A stretch of 62,358 bases of DNA, counting the filler, from Candidatus Delongbacteria bacterium (GTDB lineage Bacteria > UBA4055): assembly GCA_016937995.1 (NCBI GenBank). It is 4 parts of 4 records of this genome, joined end to end, with 100 filler letters (N's around TTAATTAATTAA, not from the genome) between each part and the next. Parts side by side here need not be neighbours in the genome. Positions count along the whole stretch, not along the records: positions 15,577 to 46,943 come from JAFGVM010000023.1; positions 47,044 to 56,166 come from JAFGVM010000026.1; 2 more parts are not named here. One strand, given 5' to 3'. Below are positions 40,161-50,400 of the stretch, in pieces. The translations under genes were made by a program, and so were the position numbers. The first letter of the stretch is position 1; every line of letters starts with the position of its first letter. The notes below the pieces were generated by a model. The model was not told the DNA's origin and did no database searches. It saw only the letters and a list, made by a program, of their open reading frames with translations.

Positions 40161-41177
40161 ATGTCAAAAAAACCAACATTAAAAATCGTAGGAACAGGAT
40201 CTTTCCTTCCCGATACGGTTGTAACAAATAAAGACCTTGAAAAAATAATGGACACCACTGATGAATGGATCACTCAAAGAGTAGGAATAAAGGAAAGAAG
40301 AGTTATTGGTGAAAGTGGATTATCAACATCGGATATGGCTACATTTGCCGGAAAAGCTGCAATTGAAGATGCAGGACTTACTGCTGAGGATATAGATTGT
40401 ATAATTGTTGCAACTATTACTCCTGACATGAACTTCCCGTCAACTGCTATTTTTGTACAGCAGAACCTTGGTGCAAAGAATGCTGCTGTTTTTGATGTTT
40501 CTGCTGCTTGTACGGGATGGATCTATGGAATGACTATCGCTGAAGGATTAATACTTTCAGGTAAATTTAAGAACATTTTAGTAATCGGTGCTGAATTCTT
40601 AACTTCATTATCAGATATCAACGATCGTTCAACTTATGTTCTTTTCGGTGATGCTTCAGGAGCAGTTGTCGTCCAACCTGCTGATGGAGATAGAGGTATG
40701 CTCGGGTCTTACATAAAGAGTAATGGTGACCTGGCTGATTTACTATGGTCTTACGGTGGTGGTACAAGAGTAAATAAAAAAGTATCTGATCAGGAAAAAA
40801 TGTTTGACGAAAATGGAATTGATAAAAGATCAACGATAAGAATGGAAGGTAATAAAGTTTATAAATATGCCGTTAGGGCTATGATCGAATCAGCTGAAAA
40901 AGCAATGGAAGATGCACAGATAACTGAAGATGATATCGATATGCTTATACCTCATCAAGCAAATTCCAGAATCATTGATGCTATCGCAAAAAGAGTCAAT
41001 ATGCCTGATGATAAAGTGGTAAGAAATTTACAATACATGGGAAACACATCTTCAGCTTCTATTCCGGTCGCTTTAGATCAAGTTAGAAAAGAAGGAAGAT
41101 TGAAAGATGGAGATGTTCTTCTTGTTGCGGCTTTCGGTGGTGGATTTACCTGGGGCGGTTTGGTAATAAAAATGTAA
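40161..41177 (+). CDS. fabH: 3-oxoacyl-ACP synthase III
   Basis: AACTG, LFGD, PHQAN.RII, GNTSSASIP, FGGGFTWG. Confidence 0.96.
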   Translation: MSKKPTLKIVGTGSFLPDTVVTNKDLEKIMDTTDEWITQRVGIKERRVIGESGLSTSDMATFAGKAAIEDAGLTAEDIDCIIVATITPDMNFPSTAIFVQQNLGAKNAAVFDVSAACTGWIYGMTIAEGLILSGKFKNILVIGAEFLTSLSDINDRSTYVLFGDASGAVVVQPADGDRGMLGSYIKSNGDLADLLWSYGGGTRVNKKVSDQEKMFDENGIDKRSTIRMEGNKVYKYAVRAMIESAEKAMEDAQITEDDIDMLIPHQANSRIIDAIAKRVNMPDDKVVRNLQYMGNTSSASIPVALDQVRKEGRLKDGDVLLVAAFGGGFTWGGLVIKM

Positions 41178-41189
41178 TTTGGAGTAATA

Positions 41190-42116
41190 ATGTCTAAAAT
41201 AGCTTTTATATTTCCCGGTCAGGCTTCACAATACGTTGGTATGGGTCAGGACCTTTATGAAAAATATGAAATCGCAAAAATATATTATGATAAAGCTAAC
41301 GAAATCCTCGGGTTTGATATAAAAAAAGTATCTTTTGAAGGTCCTTTAGAAGATCTTAAACAAACAAAGATCACTCAACCTGCAATATTTATTATGTCAG
41401 TTATACTTGATAAAATATTGAAGGAAAAAGGTGTAGCTCCTGTTATGACCGCAGGTCACAGTCTGGGTGAATACTCAGCTCACGTTTGTGCAGGAACAAT
41501 GTCATTTGAAAATGCACTTGAAGTTGTAAAGCTTAGGGGTGCAGAGATGCAGAAAGCAGGAGAAGACAACCCTGGAACAATGGCTGCGGTTGTTGGTCTT
41601 CAGGATGAAAATATAGTGATCGAAGCATGCAATGAAGCATCTGCAGCAGGTATTGTTCAGGCAGCTAATTTTAATTCTCCTGGTCAAACTGTTATCTCCG
41701 GATCTATAGAAGGTGTAAGGAAAGGAATGGAGATCGCTAAGGAAAAAGGTGCAAAGATAGTAAAAGAACTTGTTGTAAGTGGTGCTTTTCACTCGCCTCT
41801 GATGGCCTCTGCGGTTGAACCTCTTAAAAATAAGCTTTCTTCTGTTGAATTCAGCGCTCCTTCAATTCCAGTTGTTCCCAATGTTACTGCTCTGTCTTCT
41901 TCAGATAAAAACAACCTGAAAGACCTTTTAGTTGACCAGGTTATGTCACCGGTCAGATGGACTAAAACAATTGAGGAAATGATCTCAAAAGGTATCGATA
42001 CATTCATAGAGGTTGGCCCGGGTAACGTTCTTCAGGGACTTGGTAAAAGAATATCTAGGGATGTTAAATTCCTGGGTGTGCAGAATGTTGAAGATATTGA
42101 TAAATTAGAATTATAA
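41190..42116 (+). CDS. fabD: Malonyl CoA-ACP transacylase
   Basis: FPGQASQ, GHSLGEY, VSGAFHS, EVGPG. Confidence 0.97.
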   Translation: MSKIAFIFPGQASQYVGMGQDLYEKYEIAKIYYDKANEILGFDIKKVSFEGPLEDLKQTKITQPAIFIMSVILDKILKEKGVAPVMTAGHSLGEYSAHVCAGTMSFENALEVVKLRGAEMQKAGEDNPGTMAAVVGLQDENIVIEACNEASAAGIVQAANFNSPGQTVISGSIEGVRKGMEIAKEKGAKIVKELVVSGAFHSPLMASAVEPLKNKLSSVEFSAPSIPVVPNVTALSSSDKNNLKDLLVDQVMSPVRWTKTIEEMISKGIDTFIEVGPGNVLQGLGKRISRDVKFLGVQNVEDIDKLEL

Positions 42117-42127
42117 ATATGACTTAC

Positions 42128-42152
42128 AGGGGACGGTTTATTTCCGTCCCCT
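42128..42152. repeat. Intergenic palindrome (REP-like or terminator)
   Basis: AGGGGACGG-tttattt-CCGTCCCCT. Confidence 0.55.
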
Positions 42153-42173
42153 CTTTATTTACGGGGGTTGAGT

Positions 42174-42920
42174 ATGTTAAAAGATAAGGTTGCAATAATA
42201 ACAGGTTCTGCAAGAGGAATTGGAAAAGCTATCGCTGAAGAATATGCCAAGAACGGAGCTAAAATAGTTATTTCAGATATTTTACAGGATCTTGCTGATG
42301 AAACCGCTAAAGAGATCAGAGAAAAATATAATGTTGAAACTTTAGCGATCAAAGCTGATGTTTCCAAATTTGAGGAAGTTGAAGCTTTAGTTAACGGTAC
42401 TATAGAGAAATTCGGATCAGTGGATATTCTTGTGAATAATGCCGGAATTACAAGAGATAATCTTATTATGAGGATGAGTGAGGATGAGTGGAATCTTGTG
42501 ATCAATATCAATCTTAAAGGTGTTTTCAATTGTACTAAAGCAGTTACAAGACCTATGATGAAACAAAGAGCAGGCAAAATAATTAATATTACTTCTGTAG
42601 TCGGTCAAATGGGTAATCCGGGACAGATCAATTATTCTGCTTCAAAAGCAGGGGTTATCGGTATGACAAAGACTTCTGCCAAAGAACTTGGATCTAGGGG
42701 GATCAAAGTAAATGCAATTGCACCTGGGTTCATCGTATCTGAAATGACGGAAAAACTTTCTGATCAGGCAAAAGACAGTTTAATAGCACTTATTCCAGCA
42801 AAGAAACTTGGGCAACCATCAGATGTCGCAAATGCAGCTGTATTCTTAGCCTCTGACAAAGCTGATTATATTACAGGGCAAGTCATCAATGTTGATGGTG
42901 GAATGGTAATGCAGGGGTAG
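42174..42920 (+). CDS. fabG: 3-oxoacyl-ACP reductase
   Basis: TGSARGIG, NNAGITRD, YSASKAG, VDGGM. Confidence 0.96.
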   Translation: MLKDKVAIITGSARGIGKAIAEEYAKNGAKIVISDILQDLADETAKEIREKYNVETLAIKADVSKFEEVEALVNGTIEKFGSVDILVNNAGITRDNLIMRMSEDEWNLVININLKGVFNCTKAVTRPMMKQRAGKIINITSVVGQMGNPGQINYSASKAGVIGMTKTSAKELGSRGIKVNAIAPGFIVSEMTEKLSDQAKDSLIALIPAKKLGQPSDVANAAVFLASDKADYITGQVINVDGGMVMQG

Positions 42921-42954
42921 ATAAATAAAATTAGAATTTAGAAATTAGAAGTGA

Positions 42955-42980
42955 AAAAAGGGAGCATATGCTCCCTTTTT
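42955..42980. terminator. Bidirectional terminator
   Basis: AAAAAGGGAGCAT/ATGCTCCCTTTTT. Confidence 0.85.
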
Positions 42981-43005
42981 CTTTATACTATCTATCTGCG
43001 AGAAA

Positions 43006-43569
43006 CTAGATCTTCAATCTATCTTTGAATGGTTCAAAAGTCATGAAGTCAGCGTGATGAACAACAAAAGCCTCAGTCGTTCTTTTTACCATATTACCTT
43101 CACCTGCGTGAGTTGCTATGATATGGCACACTTCAGCAGGAAGACCACACTCTTCTGCTATAGAAACACCGCTGAAAGGATGTCTCAAATATTTTCCATA
43201 GTTTCCCTGGACTGCTTTATTATTATCATCAAGAACATACTCTAACAATTTACCGACATCTGCTAAAATAGCACCTGAAATAAGAACATCCATATTAACA
43301 GGAAGTTCTCCGTGATAAAATTCATTGATCTTGTTACCGGCATCTCTTGCAATATGAACTACTGATCTCTTGTGGTCCATGAAAGTAACTTTCAGGTCAG
43401 GTCCGCAAAGAAGAGTAAAAGGTATCCTTCTAAGGTCATCTGGAGTTAAAACACTTCTTTCCAATGCCAATTCCCATGTCTTCGCCGTTTTTTCTTTAAG
43501 CTCTTCATCTTTGATCCATTCCAATTCCGGCCAAAGATCTAAAACTACACTATTCATTTTCCGCTCCAT
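43006..43569 (-). CDS. HD-superfamily (HDIG-like) protein
   Basis: GAILADVGKLLEY (AD in place of HD), RHPFSG, HIIATH, VHHADF. Confidence 0.8.
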   Translation of the reverse strand: MERKMNSVVLDLWPELEWIKDEELKEKTAKTWELALERSVLTPDDLRRIPFTLLCGPDLKVTFMDHKRSVVHIARDAGNKINEFYHGELPVNMDVLISGAILADVGKLLEYVLDDNNKAVQGNYGKYLRHPFSGVSIAEECGLPAEVCHIIATHAGEGNMVKRTTEAFVVHHADFMTFEPFKDRLKI

Positions 43570-43599
43570 TAAATTATTTTTATTTAATTGAATTCTATG

Positions 43600-44427
43600 C
43601 TAATACATCATTGCAAATACAGCTATTGCAATACAATACACTGCAAAAAAGTACATATTTGACTTTTTGATCATCCAAACTAATAATTTCAGACTGAAAT
43701 ATCCTGTGATCAAAGCCGTTACAAAACCAACCCCAAGAACAAACGGCTCAACACTGAATTCAACCTCCATGACATCTTTCAACCCAAGTAGAAACGCACC
43801 ACCAATTGCAGGCAATGATAGTAAAAAGGAATATGAAGCTGCTGTTTCTTTGTCTATTGAAAGAAATTTCGCTGTTGATATAGTAGATCCTGACCTGGAA
43901 ATACCCGGAATAATAGCTATCCCCTGAACAATACCAATTATGATAGAATCAAGAACTGATATCTGATCTATTTTCTTAAAAGCTCTTCTTTTAATTTCAA
44001 AGAAAATAAGCAATGTTGCAGTTACCAATAACGCAATTCCGACATAAAAAAGATTATCTGCCAACTTTTCTACAGCATCTTTGAATGTAAGTCCAATAAT
44101 AGCAGTCGGAATACTGCCGATGATGATCAGAACAAAAAATCTTGAATCTTTACTCTCAAAGAAAGATTTTTTAACACCTTCACCTTTCAACAGATTTTTT
44201 ATACCGTAAAAACCGCCCTTTATAATATCCTTGATCGTATTCCTGTAGAATATAACAACAGCTATCAGAGTAGCTAAATGAAGCAAAATGTCAAAAAACA
44301 AATTCGATTCAGTCTCTAATCCTGTTACTTTATGCAAAATTGCAAGATGCCCAGAAGAGGAAACAGGTAAAAATTCTGTTAAACCCTGAATAAATCCTAA
44401 CAATGCTGATTTTAAAACTTCATCCAT
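43600..44427 (-). CDS. uppP: Undecaprenyl-diphosphatase
   Basis: QGLTEFLPVSSSGH, PGISRSG.T. Confidence 0.96.
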   Translation of the reverse strand: MDEVLKSALLGFIQGLTEFLPVSSSGHLAILHKVTGLETESNLFFDILLHLATLIAVVIFYRNTIKDIIKGGFYGIKNLLKGEGVKKSFFESKDSRFFVLIIIGSIPTAIIGLTFKDAVEKLADNLFYVGIALLVTATLLIFFEIKRRAFKKIDQISVLDSIIIGIVQGIAIIPGISRSGSTISTAKFLSIDKETAASYSFLLSLPAIGGAFLLGLKDVMEVEFSVEPFVLGVGFVTALITGYFSLKLLVWMIKKSNMYFFAVYCIAIAVFAMMY

Positions 44428-44505
44428 ATTTATTTACCTAATCTTTAAATTTTAATTTTAGTTTGTAATTCTATTTATCTTTTTTAGGTTTAAAGCGGGA
44501 TAAAC

Positions 44506-44650
44506 CAAATTGTTATGTTTAAGAAATTAAAAACAAAGAAATTCAAGGAGGAGTCAGAATTTTTCAGTGAGTTTACAGAAGTAAATGAATGCAGAAAATT
44601 CAGACTTTGAAGCAGAAATTCAAAGTTTTTAAATCTTAAACCAATAATTG
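44506..44650. repeat. Structured palindromic repeat, copy B, abutting the tRNA 3' end
   Basis: Long imperfect hairpin GTTTAAGA.ATTAAAAAC/GTTTTTAAATCTTAAAC with inner AGTC/GACT, GAATTTT/AAAATTC, TTTAC/GTAAA. Confidence 0.7.
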
Positions 44651-44724
44651 TGCATCTGACCGGGTTCGAACCGACAACCTCAGGATCCGGAGTCCTGTGT
44701 TCTATCCAGTTGAACTACAGATGC
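44651..44724 (-). tRNA. tRNA-Arg(CCG)
   Basis: GCATCTG acceptor stem, D-arm TAGTTCAACTGGATAGAAC, anticodon arm CAGGA-CTCCGGA-TCCTG, T-loop GGTTCGAACCC; CCA not encoded. Confidence 0.95.
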
Positions 44725-44734
44725 AATTTTCAAC

Positions 44735-46735
44735 CTATTTATTCAGGTATTCTTTTATCCTGTGATATACCTTTTCTACCGTAAAACCATATTCATCCAA
44801 TACCACATCACCCGGTGCTGAAGCTCCGAACTGATCTACACCAATGTTTAGGCCTTTGTTTCCAGTATATCTACACCATCCGAAAGTTACACCTGTTTCA
44901 ATGGATATTCTTTTTTGAATATCTGACAATAATACTGATCTTTTATATTCACAATCCTGCTCTTCAAATATATCCCAGCTTGGAATACTCACTACCCTTG
45001 TATTTATTCCATCAGCTTTTAACTTTTCGTAAGTCTCTATTGCAAGATTCACTTCTGAACCTGTTGCAAATATCACCGCAACAGGATCATCAGAGTCGGC
45101 TATAGTGTAAGCACCTTTTTCTAATCCTTTTGCACAACCGTATTTTTCTCTGTCTACTGTTTGAATATCCTGCCTTGAAAGAACCAGTATATAAGGTGAA
45201 TTAGCATTTTCCATCATATATTTCCATGCTGCACTCACTTCATTTGCATCTCCCGGCCTGATAACTTTAACTCCCGGCATTGATCTTACTGACATCAGTT
45301 GTTCTACAGGCTGATGAGTTGGACCGTCTTCTCCTACAGCTATAGAATCGTGAGTAAAAATATATATAACCGGTATTTTACAAAGAGCTGCAAGTCTGAT
45401 GGAAGGTCTCATATAATCAACAAATGAGAAAAATGTACTGGTAAACGGTCTTAGACTGCCGTGAAATGAGATACCGTTAGCTATTGCAGCCATTGCGTGC
45501 TCTCTGACACCCATTCTAATATTTCTACCTTTTTGAACCAAACCATCGAAATATCCGCCTTCTTTCAAGAAAATTTTTGTTGAGCAGCTAAGATCTGCAT
45601 CACCACCGACCAGCCATGGCAATTTTGTTCCAACAGCATTCATAACTTTATGATTTGAAACTCTTGTTGCTAAAGATCCGCCTTTCTCGAATTTAGGTAA
45701 GACTTCTGACCAGTTTTCAGGTAATTTCAACTCTGCATAATCTATCAGTTCTTTATACAGCTCAGGATACTGCTCAGAATAAATAATTCTCTTTTTATCC
45801 CATTCATCGTTTATTGAAATTGCTTTATCAATGACCTTTTTAAAATTATCTTTAACGTGACCGCTTATATAAAATTTCTTTTCCGGATCCATCTTAAGAT
45901 TCTGCTTTGTTAATGCAGTTTCTACATCTCCAAGTGGAGATCCGTGTGATTTTTCGCTGCCTTGTTTATTTGGAGAACCATATCCTATTGTTGTTTTTAT
46001 TATGATCATTGTCGGTTGATCTGTTACAGATTTTGCTATTTTTATCGCTTCGCTTATCGCTTCAATATCCTCATCACCATCTTCAACTCTTATTACATGC
46101 CAACCATAGCTTTCATATCTTTTCTTAACATCTTCCGTAAATGTAAGACTTGTAGGTCCGTCCAATGAAATATCATTTGAATCATACAACATTATTAGCT
46201 TACCAAGCTTCATATATCCTGCTATAGATGCAGCTTCTGAGCTAATGCCTTCCATTAAACAACCATCACCTACAAAACAGTATGTAAAGTGATCTATCAA
46301 TTTTATATCAGATGTATTAAATTTATTTGATAACATTTTCTCAGCGATTGCCATTCCTACTGCATTTGCGGCTCCCTGACCTAAAGGTCCTGTAGTTGTT
46401 TCTACTCCTGCAGTATGCCCAAATTCAGGATGACCCGGTGTTTTGCTGTTCCATTGCCTGAAATTCTTTAGATCTTCAATACTGAGGTCATATCCACATA
46501 AGTGAAGTACACTGTACAACAAAGCACTTCCGTGCCCTGCTGAAAGAACAAATCTGTCTCTATTTAACCACTCCGGATTTTTAGGATTGAATTTCATATG
46601 CTTTGACCAGAGAGCATAAGCCATAGGAGCAGCACCTAATGGCAATCCGGGATGTCCGGAATTTGCTTTATCTATTGCATCAATACTAAGTGTCCTGATA
46701 GTATTTACTGATTCCTGCTCAATATTCAGATCCAT
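44735..46735 (-). CDS. tkt: Transketolase
   Basis: [42 protein letters not shown]. Confidence 0.97.
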   Translation of the reverse strand: MDLNIEQESVNTIRTLSIDAIDKANSGHPGLPLGAAPMAYALWSKHMKFNPKNPEWLNRDRFVLSAGHGSALLYSVLHLCGYDLSIEDLKNFRQWNSKTPGHPEFGHTAGVETTTGPLGQGAANAVGMAIAEKMLSNKFNTSDIKLIDHFTYCFVGDGCLMEGISSEAASIAGYMKLGKLIMLYDSNDISLDGPTSLTFTEDVKKRYESYGWHVIRVEDGDEDIEAISEAIKIAKSVTDQPTMIIIKTTIGYGSPNKQGSEKSHGSPLGDVETALTKQNLKMDPEKKFYISGHVKDNFKKVIDKAISINDEWDKKRIIYSEQYPELYKELIDYAELKLPENWSEVLPKFEKGGSLATRVSNHKVMNAVGTKLPWLVGGDADLSCSTKIFLKEGGYFDGLVQKGRNIRMGVREHAMAAIANGISFHGSLRPFTSTFFSFVDYMRPSIRLAALCKIPVIYIFTHDSIAVGEDGPTHQPVEQLMSVRSMPGVKVIRPGDANEVSAAWKYMMENANSPYILVLSRQDIQTVDREKYGCAKGLEKGAYTIADSDDPVAVIFATGSEVNLAIETYEKLKADGINTRVVSIPSWDIFEEQDCEYKRSVLLSDIQKRISIETGVTFGWCRYTGNKGLNIGVDQFGASAPGDVVLDEYGFTVEKVYHRIKEYLNK

Positions 46736-46943
46736 GATTTGTCCCGTTTTAATTATTTTTTATTAAATAACAGACATAAATATAAGGTAAATAATTAAAC
46801 ATACTAAATTATTTTTTTAAATAAAAATAATAAAGAAGAGAAAAATTTTTTATGCAAAAGGATATTTAAAATTTTATTGAGACATATGGTATAAATTAGA
46901 TGGTAGCAACTTTAACTTCATAATTTTTACTTAGTTATTTCAA

Positions 46944-47043
46944 NNNNNNNNNNNNNNNNNNNNNNNNNNNNNNNNNNNNNNNNNNNNTTAATTAATTAAN
47001 NNNNNNNNNNNNNNNNNNNNNNNNNNNNNNNNNNNNNNNNNNN
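46944..47043. other. Artificial contig linker
   Basis: N44-TTAATTAATTAA-N44. Confidence 0.98.
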
Positions 47044-47389
47044 GGATACTGAATTACACAATGATGGATACCCTTTTTTAGGATGGCATGATACTTCAAT
47101 TAACAATGAACAATTGACAATTGACAATTATGAGTTGGAGCAAAATTATCCAAATCCTTTTAATCCAATAACAACGATAGAGTTTTCAGTTCAGAATAAG
47201 GCTATTGTCTATTTGTCTGTCTATAACTCAAATGGGCAGTTAATCAAAAATCTTGTGAATGGTGTAGTGAATGCAGGAATGCATTCAGCTACCTTCAATG
47301 CTGATAATCTGAACAGTGGAGTTTATTATTATCAATTGAAAATTGATGGTGCTGTAAAAGAAACAAAGAAAATGTTGTATATTAGGTAG
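47044..47389 (+). CDS. C-terminal fragment of a secreted protein with T9SS type A-like sorting domain
   Basis: Frame open from the contig start: DTELHNDGYPFLGW (ending seen in GLUG-repeat proteins), then QNYPNPFNP...KKMLYIR. Confidence 0.8.
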
Positions 47390-47419
47390 CAGCTAAGTTA
47401 AATAATTAAAGGAGTAAAA

Positions 47420-50400
47420 ATGAAAGTTGAAAAAATTATTATCCTGTTATTACTATTTGTGACTCATTCACTTATATCTCAGGAACAGGATGAGAAAAGA
47501 ATAATAGAATGGTTTGTCCACGTCTATATAGCATCATGGGATGATATTCCAATAGCAAATTTAGAGTTCAATACAAATCTTACAGATACTAGCAGAGTTA
47601 TAGATAATTGGAATGAGATAACAGAAGAATTTGTTAGAGAAAAACAATGGTATCCGGTAATGTTCAATATACCTGATAAGTATGACGAAACTAAATTGAT
47701 TGGCATTCACGAATATTTGACTTTATATGGTGAAGAAGTAAATGGGGTAAAGAAAATAGACTATGAACCTTTACTCGCAAAGGCGTTAAATGAATATTTT
47801 TTAAGCATGACGAATAAATACGATGTTAAATTGACCTTTGAAACAGATCCAACCAATCAGGGGTCAAAGTATTGGGATATTACAGGTCCTCCATATGATC
47901 CAGAAGAGTATACTCACGAAAATGAGTTAACAGATTTAATAATTGAAAAATACTGTGATGAGTATGGAACTGAAGAAGGCATGGCATTATGGGAAAGTCA
48001 TCATGATTATCGTCATGTTACAATGTTAGTATTTCCAAGAGCTTTGAATGGATATTATGATGGAGGTGTGTCACATGGTAGCACAGTTTACGCTTATTAT
48101 AATAGGGATGCTTTAAATATTACCACACATACAATAGCTCATGAGTTAGGACATAGTATTTTTCAATTTGGAGATAAAGGGTACGATAGGAATGTTTTTT
48201 GGGGTTACATAGATGGCGCAAGTATGGGGAAGACTTTCAGTACAACAGGTGCCTACGATTTAATGTATCACAATGATTGCTTTTCAAGTCCTTTTGCCTT
48301 ATACGGGTTGATCCCAATGACTACTCAAGACTTAATTAATTATCAATACACTGTCTTTGATAATGTGATAAATTTTGAAGGAAATGAATTATGCAACAAA
48401 ATTCAGGTTACATTAAAGGCTGAAAAGAAACCAATATCTGACGAAGAAATTGCTAATAATGTTGCGAATGCTCTTATTTTACCTGTAAGAGGTATTGATT
48501 TTAGTGAAACTTCTGACAATTCTGTTGAAGATCAACATTTTTTGATTGAGTATAAAAATGGTAAGAGATTTGACAACTTTTCACCTTTATATCATGAAAA
48601 TGAAAGTAGAGGTGTTATGATATCACATGTAATTAACGCAACAGGAGATGATGAGGTTATAGATATTGAATGCGCTGTACCATTTGAAGAAGGACAACGA
48701 GTAGGAATCGGATCAGATTTATATTTTTGCGGAAAGCCTGTAAATGACTGGATGGATGATCTATGGCCAAATAGTGTATATGATGAATGTTTAGGAGGTA
48801 AAGGAGCATGGTGGAAAGCTCCGACGGCATTAAACATGTGTGGATTGCCTACTGATTTCTTTAATGATACAGACCGCAATATGTTCACCCCTACGACTTA
48901 TCCGTCAACAAATTCTTGGGAAGATAGAGAAACACACATTGCTGTCTTAGTAAATGAACTTGATGACGAATATGCTGATGTAACTGTATATAGAAATTAT
49001 TTTTCGGTACCTCTGTGTGATACTAATTCTAAAGAACTTGATTATGGTATTTGGGGGTTAGAAATAACGAATGATGGATATATTGGAGAGAATTTCTATG
49101 TTGGTGAAGGGAAATATTTATACTTAGGTGGTGGAGAAATTGAAGCTCCAAAAACTACTTTGGTACCTGGTACGGACATGTTTGTAAGCAATACAGGAGT
49201 TTTACAATTAAAAAATTATTCAGTATTAGGTCTTGAAAATTCAAAACTTGAATTTAAGACAGGTTCAATATTTTTACCTATGTCAGAATCAAAAATTGTA
49301 ATTGATAACTCCGAATTGTTTTTCCAAGATGGATCCGAAATTGATCAAACTTATATTAATAATTATGACATATCAATCGAAGGTGAATCGTCATTCTATA
49401 AATCTAATTTCGATCTAATTGAAGGTAGTTTGTTAACTTTGAATTTTAGGTCAACATTTAATTTAATATCAGGTACTACTTTAACCGTAGCTAATGATTC
49501 GAAACTTATGTTTAAATATGGTTCAGAACTTGTAATAGAAGATGGAGCTACTTTAGTATTAGAGGAAGGCGTAGATATTGAATTAGTATATGGTTCGAAA
49601 ATAATTGTTAAGAATGGTGGATCTTTAAAATTGTTAGAAAATTCAGAGCTTGTAATTACTAACGAGATAGATTTAATAATTGAGCCAGATGCAATCATTG
49701 AAGCAGAAACAGGTGCAAAGATCACAGTAGAAGGTCTTGCAACTCTTGATTTAACAAATGTAACAATAACAGGCAACACAACTTGGCAGGGAATTGTAGC
49801 AGAAATTGGAAGTAAAGTTACACTATTAAATACAAGGATAAGTAATGCAGTATGTGGTTTATATGCAGAAGGTTCAGAAATCTATGGGATATACACAGAT
49901 ATAGATATTAAAAATTCTTCATTTACAGATTGTGAGAATGGTGTGTCTTTAGTAAATTGTGAAAAATATTCTATAGATTACAATCACTTTTATGGTAAAG
50001 GTGGTAGTACTGGGTCGGGTATAACATTGACTCATTGTGGATTACCAATAACAGGTAATTTTGTAAGTAATTACGGCATCGGTGTAAAACTGGTGTCATC
50101 TTCATTAACTTTAGCGAAAAATACTATAAAAAATAATATTAACAATGGTATGTTCATAACAGGAAATGGTTCAAAACCTACTCTTGTTGATGTAGTCACT
50201 AAAGATTTGACACAAAAAAGTATAAATAATGATATAATAGACAACGGATTGACGGGAACATTTTATGCACGTTCTCAGATCTATATGAGATATTGTGCAG
50301 GTGTCTATATGACAAATGGATATAATAATGTGTATTCCGGACAAAATGGTACAATTCCTTCAGTACCGTGTATAAAAGGTATTTATCAACCAATAATAAA

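Noticed and set aside
44651-44724. tRNA-Arg as an island integration site
   Set aside because: No duplicated tRNA 3' end or integrase; flanking genes are core (uppP, tkt).
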